The notes under the pieces were generated by a model. That model saw only the letters and a program-made list of their open reading frames with translations, had not been told where the DNA came from and ran no database searches. From Antedon mediterranea (Eukaryota; Animalia; Echinodermata), in contig NC_092670.1 in NCBI RefSeq assembly GCF_964355755.1, positions 1,106,201 to 1,170,200 on the forward strand: 64,000 nucleotides of DNA, given 5' to 3'. Shown in pieces: positions 1-11,900 of this stretch. Made by a program: the position numbers and the translations under genes. How positions within the stretch are numbered: position 1 is the stretch's first letter; each line of letters opens with the position of its first letter.

Positions 1-1539
1 TTTCAATTCATAATGCATGCTTTGATGACTAAATAAAATAATAAAGTGTCGTGGATATATTTGTTAATATACTGAAAAGGGTATGAACAATATTTAAATA
101 ATAAAGGCAAATTATTACAAATGAAATGATGAACGAGTCTCTGAATGGTAATAACGTTGGCGGCGCAGTTTGTGTAAAAAACACACAGAAAGCAATATAC
201 TGCATAAAAAGAGAGGTGAATTTGTGTGTTTTTTGTATTGGTTCATTCTTTGATGCATTCTAACTTCCATGTAGGCCCTTTTAGCATTTATTTTTTTGTT
301 ATTATAAAAAATATATATATATTTTAACAAATCAATACCGTTAATAAAATTAATTACTAAATTAAAAACGGAATCTAAGCGTTATTTCATAGACAACAAA
401 ATCTAAAAATAGTGCATGAACTATAGGAAAACGCTATACAAAAGAGACGCGCGCGCCCTCAGCGTGCGAATTCTTTGACACAAAAATGGCTTCTAATTTT
501 CAATGTCGTAACTCTTTATATATATGGCTCTGGAGGTTCTATACTGTATAGTAATTACTTAGATGCATATAGAACTGTTAGTATATTATAGAAAGTTTAT
601 ACCCTTTATCAAAATACATGCCTCGACAATTAATGTATCAAACATTATATGAATACACACGTGAAGTTTTAACAAAATCTGTTACGCTTCTTTAGTAGAG
701 AATGCGTACACAATCGTTTCCACGACCTTCTTTTGGTGGATTAATTTGCATTTTTGAGGTTTTTTTTTTATTATCAACGGAGAATACAAATTACAGTATA
801 CATCAATAAAATGACATTATACAGTAGAACTACTTATGAAATTCACTGTATATTTTTAAAATTGTAACTTTAGACTGTCCGCTCAAGTACCACAATGACA
901 ACCATAAACCGACAATGTTGATGATGATATTGAATTGATATATAATGATTCTATGCCAACCTATAAATAATAATAATGATAAAGATTGCCATGACATAAT
1001 AAGACAGCAACAACCTAGCCTACATTGTATAACAGATGGTCAAATACCATGAGCCTGTGTATTGTAATTTTTGATAGGCCTATATTCCTTAATTTAATAA
1101 GCAGTAAAATAATGTTATGGTTTACGATCACATCAAATAAGTCAATAAAAAACCTTTAATAAATGAACTCAATGCATTGCAACACTGTACAAGTAGCAAT
1201 ACTGTAGGCCTAATAATAATCTTATTAACTAATACTAATAACGCACTAATAAACCGCTAAAGTTTCACCTATTTTGGTTGTTGTTGGTTGTTGTTTATTA
1301 GTTTTCCACAAATAATTCATATTTTCTAAATTTTTCAAATCATTAGGCCTACACATTATTTTACAAATGTGGATGGTGGTCACAATAAGTCTGTAAATAG
1401 GCAGTGGCCACTATTAACAAAATAAAGAAACATCAAAAGTCTGTACAATAAATAATTTGTTACAAAATAAAATTCACCTAAAACAGACATTATGTAGTAC
1501 AGTATTTACAATTTTTTGTCACGCTTGATTTTAGATTTC

Positions 1540-2398
1540 TTATTTTACTGCAGTATATCATATTAGACTTCACTATATCTTTAACTTATTCATATTTTAC
1601 TGCAGTATATCATATTAGACTTCACTGTATCTTTAACTTATTCTCATTTTACTGCAGTAAAGACTTCACTGTATCTTTAACTTATTCTCATTTTACTGCA
1701 GTATATCATATTAGACTTCACTGTATCTTTAACTTATTCTCATTTTACTGCAGTATATCATATTAGACTTCACTATATCTTTAACTTATTCTCATTTTAC
1801 TGCAGTATATCATATTAGACTTCACTGTATCTTTAACTTATTCTTATTTTACTGCAGTGTATCATATTAGACTTCACTATATCTTTAACTTATTCTCATT
1901 TTACTGCAGTATATCATATTAGACTTCACTATATCTTTAACTTATTCTTATTTTACTGCAGTATATCATATTAGACTTCACTGTCTCTTTAACTTATTCT
2001 TATTTTACTGCAGTATATCATATTAGACTTCACTATATCTTTAACTTATTCTCATTTTACTGCAGTATATCATATTATACTTCACTATATCTTTAACTTA
2101 TTCTCATTTTACTGCAGTATATCATATTAGACTTCACTATATCTTTAACTTATTCTTATTTTACTGCAGTATATCATATTAGACTTCACTGTCTCTTTAA
2201 CTTATTCTCATTTTACTGCAGTAAAGACTTCACTGTATCTTTAACTTATTATCATTTTACTGCAGTATATCATATTAGACTTCACTATATCTTTAACTTA
2301 TTCTTATTTTACTGCAGTATATCATATTAGACTTCACTATATCTTTAACTTATTCTTATTTTACTGCAGTATATCATATTAAACTTTACTATATCTTT
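1540..2398. repeat. 52-bp tandem repeat, about 16 copies
   Basis: Unit ATTTTACTGCAGTATATCATATTAGACTTCACTATATCTTTAACTTATTCTC with period 52 (e.g. 1741 to 1793); a few units are internally deleted. Confidence 0.95.
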
Positions 2399-2911
2399 TT
2401 TAATAGAATAGAATAGATATACTTCCAATTTAGAACCCTTTTTTGTAGCAAACCTTCTGTGTTTATTTGAAATTAATCTACTAAATTAAGATTGTAAATA
2501 CACTGAACGTACAATGAAAGGTGGGTGGTGGTATCTACAGCAGAGTGCAACTAAAAACCTGAAGGCTGGCTGTGGGGATCGTGCAGATTTCTGAGCTCTG
2601 ATTGGTTACTTTAAAAGCAACAATGTGAATATGTATGAGCACAAACGATTTAAATGTGCCTATTGAAACCGGCTTATCGCGGCCTCTCGCTATTGGTCAA
2701 AAGCAGGATGACGGATTAACATTACGCAATGAGAATGCGCGTTATTATGTTACACACATTATATTTAATAGTTATAAATTTGGCAAGCACGCACAGCGTT
2801 ATCAACTCTTATCGTTACCAGACTTCTTATCCGCCGTTTGTCTTTTCATCTATTTTTAAGTTCTAACCCCATCGTCTGTTACAATTTATGTTTTATATTT
2901 TACGTGGTAAT

Positions 2912-5900
2912 ATGACATTGTGTAACGAACGGATCGTCAAACTCAAATGTATAAGTGCATTTTTTATACTTTATATAAATACAGGTAAGGATTAATATGT
3001 TTTAACAAATAAAAAGTAGGTCTACCTTTTCTGACGTTTAATTTGATAAAAATAGAATAAGACTGTTCGTAATTAATTTGAACACGATACGCGGCATCGT
3101 TAAAAACAATCGCCAGAAGTAGAACTAGCCATAAATTCACCGAACCAGCCGGCTTTTGTTTTGTTAAAGATATAGGCTAAAAAATAGCCTAAAAAATGTT
3201 TACATTTTAATCTCACATAATATCTATTCACTTTGACCAAAAATTAGATAGAACAAATAAGTTTACTTGAAAAACTGTAATAATTTAATTTAAACTCTTT
3301 ATTTTGTCTCTTTTATAAGTGAAATCGTTATTTTATCGTTTTTTTCTTCAAATATGAATAACTTTATAAGAACTACAAAATAGCCTATTCAAAGTCTGAT
3401 TTGTTTAATCATCATTTTTCATGTTTTGCGGGGACAATGTATCTTTTAAAATGGTCTATTTCACGTTTTTAACTCAATTCTTTCGTTCAAGAGAATCAAA
3501 ATGTTTATTCTTTTTGCTTAAAACATTTTTATTTTAGGAGTGCTGTGCGCAACATGGAAACGCTATAAATATAATGCGTATGCAGCATTTGAAAGCCGTG
3601 TTTCTTGGACTACCGCGCTTCAAAGATGTGAGGATGAAGGGGGATCGTTAGCTTCTATAACCTCATCTGGTGAAAATAGTTTCGTTTTTTCGTTGGATTT
3701 CGATAGTTCTTATCTCTGGGTTGGATTGAATGACAGAGGTAATGAAGGTAGTTTGCGGTGGACAAATGGAGCATCTGCAAGTTATACAGGTAAGCGATGT
3801 AGGACTATTTTAGTTTTGGCATCCAACAAACTTGTAAAAAGAAAAGAAAATGTAGTTACTTAAGAGTATTTGAGCATTAAGCGCTATGTTAGAACGATGT
3901 TTTTATGCACAGCCTATAGAGATAAAAACATACACTAACAGGCTGAGATAATTATGTATTATTTTATTACGAATTATTATCATTATTGTATTATTGAATC
4001 GTTATAATCAATAACACACACGTCGTCGTCACATTGTGATCGGTTGCGCGCGCAGTGTCTGTCACCCCCAGGGCAATCTCATGACACCTACCTACTCCTG
4101 AAAGGAAACCCATATTTAACCTGTTTGTAACATATAAGTATATTATTTTTTTAATAATTAGCCTACCCTTTTCTAATATGATCGCAATACGATATTAAAA
4201 CTTTGTTACATTTAACGGCGTGATGTTTGCACATTAGTGAATTATAAATGTGTACAGATTTGCACATTAACTTGAGAGTTCCATGTTTGAACAAGTAGGC
4301 CTATAGTTGTTTGCACACTTGTGATTTTTGCACATTTCACGACTCAACAGGCCTACCTTTTATTTTCGGAAAACTTATAAGAGTACAGTATGTACATTTT
4401 ATATAGGCCTATGTTTCCTTTTGTTAGATTGGAATTCACTTTACACTAGTTATAATTCAAACTCAAGAGATTGCTTAGCACTGAGAGATCGGACCTTTAA
4501 AACTGGCGCTTTTGGCGTTTACGTGTACACTAATGTCAAATATTGGTCCATGTTTGACTGTAGCAACGATTATTACTACGCGTGTGAAAAAGGTAAATGT
4601 TTGTCTTATGGATGGTATACATCCAAATTCAATTTGTATCGTATTTCTATAACGTATATGTTTATAATGTTATGGTTAGAACTTCAACCTAGATTGCAAG
4701 ATCACCTTGCAGTGGATGGCTTGTATGAATCGGATTTTAATTCTATAGCAACTTAGCTATGTACACCAAGAATGAACTGCTATACTAGGCTTAATAAAAT
4801 CAACATCATCTTAATATCAAGCTTATTTAAAGCGTCGGTGGTACTGGTGACCTGAAGTTTCTTCACAAAGTTTAGGAAAATCAACCAAAGTAAAAAGACA
4901 GAAACCTGTCCTTACAATGTTCTTCCTTCTGAGTTTAAACATTCTATTATTTTCATTAATTTTAAATAGAAGCAACCAGATTATAAAATAATGCCGCTTA
5001 TGTTTAGTGGAACCTCGAGTAATATTTTTCAAAAGAGTGTTATTTAACAAAGCTCATTCAGTGAGTTTCACTGTTAGAAGTATTTTAACAATAGCTATAG
5101 TAGTCTAGTAATTATGACCATGTATAAACATTTCAGATTACGACGAATGTGCCAACAATGCGGATGAATGTGAAAATGGGGCTACTTGTGTGAACAGGGA
5201 TAATGGCTACGACTGCACATGCGCTGATGGATTCACCGGTGACCATTGCGACAGCGGTAAGTATTCACATTTGCACAATCATCAACACGGTACATTGAGA
5301 TCTGTAAACCAAAATATAATCACAATTATATTATGGGTTTGAGATGGATGGATGGCTACGGATTGTTATGGTTAGGATATTGATGGAACAAGTTGGACAT
5401 TTCATTATTATATTTATTATTACAGATATCAATGAATGCATCTCAGCAAATACTTGCAAAAATGGAGCCACTTGTTCCAACACATTTGGCGATTACAACT
5501 GCGCATGCGTTGATGGTTTCATGGGTAAACGATGTGGTTCAGGTAAAGTATAAAAACAGAGTACATATGTGATATATCTCAAGAAATGTAATGTATTCAC
5601 CAGTTTTAATGTAATATTACCTTGAAATTATCGATTTTTTATAGATATTAATGAATGCACAAATTCCGATTGTCAGAATGGCGCCACCTGCGTCAACACA
5701 CCTGGAAGCTATACGTGCACGTGTGCTGATGGTTTCAGTGGTCAACGATGTCAATCAGGTAGTCATGGTTCACACCAGAACATTTTTTATTATTTTAATG
5801 TAAAATATAAACATTATAAAATGACTCAATCGATTGTAAATGTGATTTCATTTGTTTTGTCTTTTATGAGGTCTTCCAACTTTTATTCTTCTCAAATAAT

Positions 5901-8900
5901 ATGTAACAGTAGTTTACAAAAGTAATATTGCACATTCAAATGAAAGGAAGACTTTTATATTTTTAATAACATTAATCGTTATGATTACTTTTGTCTCTCC
6001 ATTAAATTCATTTTTAAATAATAACGTTAATACAGATTTCTTTTCATATGCGCAAAAAAGGCCTTTTTTCCCAAATTTATAACATTAATGAATTAAATGT
6101 TTAATCAATATTCAATAACATTAATGAATATTCAATCAAATTAGTGAATATTTAAAATTATCATATTTTACATATGTGTTTCAATAAAAAGCCTCAAGAA
6201 CAATGACTTTGTGAATTAATAAACATTTCTATGGAATCTAATAATGCAAATTGTATGAAATCCGATTAAAATATACTAAACAATATTGCTAATGTGAATT
6301 TTGATTGAATTGATAACCCGTGCTCTTGTGGTATTTCAACTCTTGTATATTATAATTTCAGATATCAATGAATGCAACTCTGCAAATACTTGTCAAAATG
6401 GAGCCACTTGTTCCAACACACTTGGTGATTACAACTGCGCATGCGTTGATGGTTTCATGGGTAAACAATGTGAATCAGGTAACCTTATGTCGATTTATTT
6501 TTACCAAAACTGTGTCTCATAACTACAATTTAAAAGATATTGTCCCCCAGAAAAATATAAACGTGTTTGTTGAATATGCCATTTCAATGCCACATAATAT
6601 TTATTAATTTTCACGTCAGAGCATGTTAAGAGTAAAAAAAAAACGAACTACAGATTAATAAGATACATAAATAAAATATGCTCCTTAATGTTTGAAATTC
6701 AAGATATCTCATTATTTAGTAAAGGACAACGTCCATACAAAAAATAATAATAGATATAGTTATAACAGTTTAATGTTTGAAATCTTTTATTAGATATTAA
6801 TGAATGCACAGATCCAATGAAAGAATGTCTGAATGACGCCACCTGCGTCAACACACCTGGAGATTACACGTGCACGTGCGCTGAGGGTTTCATTGGACAA
6901 CGATGTGAATTAGGTAAGGTATAGTTCACACTAAAATACAATAATATAATATTAATGAAAATACAAAAATATAGATAGTAAATGTAAACTTATAATTTCC
7001 CAGGTAAATTATGTTTTAATTATACTTTTGCTTTTTAGATGTTAATGAATGCATGAATTCATTGGATGATTGTCAGAATGGCGCCACCTGCGTCAACACA
7101 CATGGAAACTACACGTGCACGTGCGCTGAGGGTTTCATTGGTCATCTATGTGAATCAGGTAGGTATGGTTCACAACAGAGCTTAGTTTTATGTTTTCAAT
7201 TTGAATTCCCGGCAAAAATCTTCTTTCTTTTATAGGCCTACTTACATTCGAACACGATAGGATTGTTAGGCTAATTAAATTATAATATGCTGCCTATTTG
7301 AAAAAAAGCTAATTATTACATGTGTTTTGCAGACATCAATGAATGTGACAACTCAACAGACACTTGTAAAAATGAGGCCATTTGTTCCAACACTTTTGGT
7401 GATTACAACTGCGCATGCGTAGAGGGATTCACTGGGAAACGATGCGAATTAGGTAAGATCTGGTTCACTCCAGAGCATATTTTAGAATCAAGAACTAAAA
7501 ACAAGAAATGTAAAGATACTTAAAAATGCCTTCTTGCAATGTTTGAAATTCAAAATATTTAATTTTTTTTTTAGATGTTAATGAATGTAACAATTCAAAT
7601 GATGAATGTCAGAATAACGCCACGTGCGTCAACACACCTGGCGATTACAACTGCACGTGTGTTGAGGGTTTCACTGGGCAACGATGTGAATCCGGTAAGG
7701 TATACTAAGGGCCTGTTTCTATTGAAAAATAAAAAAAGAACGGTTTTTTGGAAACCGGTTTCGGCTGTTGTTTATAAATAAAGATCGCGTTGCAGCTCAA
7801 ATTTTACTCCAATAAAACCGGTTCCGTCCATGTGCGTTCGTTATGAATGACGTCATTATATACACCACAATGCAGTTCGTTAGGCGGAAGCGCGATTTGA
7901 TCGAGGTCATGTTTACTTTTTTTCGCATAGCGCGATCCCCAAGAAATAGCATCCATTTCATCATAGAAGGGGGAATTATTACCTGAAACTTTATTGTGGT
8001 CCTTGGTTAAAGTATAGGTACGTCGCACCCTCTGATATTGTCAAGTTGAACTCGTCTATTTTTCACACGCTTTACAATATTCTTAAAAACATGTAGGCCT
8101 ATAATACTGTACGCGAGTCTTTCTTCCGACTCCCGACAAGTCTTCTTTCCTTCACATATTTTTTACGAACCTCGTAATGGCATCGGTCAACATTTTTTAG
8201 TTAAATAAAATACTCACTATCTAGAGAAATAAAAATGACTTAGGCCTAGGTCCTATCGCGCGAGTTTGACTGCGAGTTGACCGCAATCATCCCAGTGCAG
8301 CAGCAGACTGCAGAGTTCAGTTTTTGGGGTCAAATTGAGACCGCGATTGTGTTGCAGCTAAAAATTGCTCCGCGGAAACCGGTTTCAGAACGGTTCTCTG
8401 CGATCGAGACCGCAATCAATTGGGGTTTTTGAAACCGTTTTTAAGATCGGTTCTTTTTTGTGGTTTTTTGTGGGGACCCATTTCTGCTGGCAAGAAAAAA
8501 CGGTTCTTGAAAAGAACGGTATTCAAAACCGTATTCTCTGCTCTATAGAAACAGGCCCTAACTTCCATAACCCGTTTTCAGTCCGGCATTGAAAACAAAA
8601 AGTAGAGTAATTGAAGTTTTATAACTCCAGGTGTAAACATATGCAAAATTGCCCTTTTAATGTATGTTAACGAGAAAATTGTCTTTGTTGATCGTTTCGG
8701 AAATTCATTGCTCGCATAAAAATATATAAGTAATATAAAATTACAATGTAGATATCTGGAAAATATAAAACAGCAAACATGAGTAAAAAAGATAGCATTA
8801 TCAAAAACATATATTATTATTGTCAAATTGGTTACATTTAATTTAATTTAAATTATAATTAAAAAGTTCAATTGTTATGTTGGAATTATTATTATTTAAA

Positions 8901-11900
8901 GATATTAATGAATGCACGCAATCACTGGATGGTTGTCAGAATAACGCCACGTGCGTCAACACACCTGGAAACTACACGTGCACATGCGCTGAGGGTTTCA
9001 CTGGCCATCTATGTGAATCAGGTAGGTATGGTTCATTTCAGAGTACACTTGTAATTATTGCTCATCACAATTTTAAATTACAGTATTGCATAATTGTGTA
9101 TTGCAGATTTCAATGAATGTGAAAACTCAACAGATGCTTGCAAAAATGGGGCCACTTGTTCCAACACATTTGGTGATTACAACTGCACATGCGCAGAGGG
9201 ATTCATTGGTAAACAATGTGAACAAGGTACGGTTACCGCTAGAACACTTTCTAAGAAAAAGTCGGAAAACAAGAAATATTTTGAAAGTATTTTCTTTTTA
9301 GATGTTAATGAATGCATGAATTCAATGGATGATTGTCAGAATAACGCCACCTGCGTCAACACACCTGGAGACTACACGTGCACGTGCGCTGAGGGTTTCA
9401 TTGGTCATCTATGTGAATCAGGTAAAGTATTGTTCAAAACATACCTTTTTTTTAATTTGATCGACACCAGCATAAATATTTATCAACATAAAAAGGTAAT
9501 ACAGTTTTTTTTTCTAATGTGTAAAATGTATTTTATTCTGTAAACTACAATTTTAAACTAATATTTGTATTTCAGATATCAATGAATGTAACTCAACAGA
9601 CACTTGTAAAAATGGAGCCACTTGCTCCAACACATTTGGTGATTATAACTGCACATGCGTTGATGGTTTCACTGGTAAACAATGTGAATTAGGTAATCTT
9701 ATGTCGGTTTATTTTTTCCAAAACTGCGTCTCATACAATTTTAAAGACATTTTTTTCCCTGAAAAAAATTAATTAAAATTTGTTTGTTGAATATGCCATT
9801 TTAATCACATAATAGTAATTCACTTTGACCAAATTGAATGAACAAAATTTACATGAAATTGTCTGTCGGACCCTGGGTTTTTGCTTAAATTTAACAGTTT
9901 ATTTTTTCATTTATAAGTGAAAGCATCTTTTTTATAGTTTTTTTCCTGTGAAGTGAATAACTTCATTAAAACTGCAAAATGGTCTATTCAAAGATATATA
10001 ATAACCTTCATTTTTCATTTTGTTTTTGGGTGGGACAATACATCTTTAAAGTAGCTACTATTTGTATTTCAGATATTAATGAATGTAACTCAACAAACAT
10101 TTGTAAAAATGGGGCCACTTGTTCCAACACATTTGGTGATTACAACTGCGCATGCGTTGATGGTTTCAATGGTAAACAATGTGAATCAGGTAACCTTATG
10201 TCGGTTTATTTTTACCAAAACTACGTCCCATACTACAATTGTAAAGATATTTGGAAAAAAAAATTTATCTGGAAACAAGTCGAATTGTTTGTCAGATAAT
10301 GGGTTTTTGGTTAAATTTAACAGTTTATTTTTTCTTATCATAAGTGTAATTATTATTATATTTTTTCCCCTATGGAAGTGAATAAATTTATTAAAACTGC
10401 TTTTCCTACGGAAGTGAAAAACTGCTAAATGGCCTATTCAAAATCTGTCAACCTTTACACATCTTCAAAGTAACTACTATTGTATTTTTTGATTGATTGA
10501 TTGATTGATTGATTCTTTTATTTTTCACACAACATTCATAAAAATATAAATAAAAAATTAAGTACAATAAAGTGTGAAAAACAAGGTAACCACAAGCAAG
10601 CAAAGCTTTTAATCTGTGGCACCCTAACTTAAAATATAAATTTACAAATATATTACAAAAATGTTTTCATGTAGTAAATAAATGAACGAAAATACAACGT
10701 ACTATAATATAATATATATATATATATATATACTTCACAGACTCAGAATATATACGAAAATGTAATTAATTAAGTTAATGTTAGACATATTTTACAAATG
10801 TTGTTTTCGCAAAGATATATTGTTTCTTTATAACTATTAATGCATTTATTTAGTAATAGTTTTTTAAATATTGATATATATGGGTAACTACTATTGTATT
10901 TCAGATATTAATGAATGTAACTCAACAGACATTTGTAAAAATGGTGCCACTTGTTCCAGCACATTTGGTGATTACAACTGCGAATGCGTTGATGGTTTCA
11001 CTGGTAAACAATGTGAATTAGGTAATCTTATGTCGGTTTATTTTTACCAAAACTGCGTCTCATACAATTTTAAAGAAATTGTTTTTTTCTGAAAAAATTA
11101 ATTAAAATGTGTTTGTTGAATATGCCATTTTAATCACATAATAGTAATTCACTTTGACTAAATTGAATGAACAAAATTTACATGAAATAATTGTCTGTCG
11201 GACCCTGGGTTTTTGGTTAAATTTAACAGTTTATTTTTTCTTTTATAAGTGAAAGCATCTTTTTTATAGTTTTTTCCTGTGAAGTGAATAACTTCATTAA
11301 AACTGCAAAATGGTCTATTCAAAGACTTTTAATAACCTTCATTTTTCATTTTGTTTTTGGGTGGGACAATACATCTTCAAGGTAACTACTATTGTATTTC
11401 AGATATTAATGAATGTAACTCAACAGACACTTGCAGAAATGGAGCCACTTGTTCGAACACATTTGGTGATTACAACTGCGCATGCGTTGATGGTTTCACT
11501 GGTAAACAATGTGAATCAGGTAACCTTATGTCGGTTTATTTTTATCAAAACTGCGTCTCATACTACAATTGTAAAGATATTTTCCCCCTGGAAAAAAAGG
11601 TGTAACATCACTTTCAACAAAAATTGGAAAAACAAAAATTATCTGGAAAAAAGTCAAATTGTTAGTCAGATAATGGGTTTTTGGTTAAATTTAACAGTTT
11701 ATTTTTTCTTTTCAGAAGTGAAATTATTATTATATTTTTTCCCCTATGGAAGTGAATAAATTTATTAAAACTGCTTTTCCTACGGAAGTGAAAAACTGCT
11801 AAATGGCCTATTCAAAGTCTTTCAACCTTCATACATCTTTACAGTAACTACTATTGTATTGCAGATATTAATGAATGTCATTTACCAGCTACTTGTCAAA

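Noticed and set aside
400-850. Possible transposon end near the window start
   Set aside because: No matching TIR, TSD or coding remnant could be found within the window.
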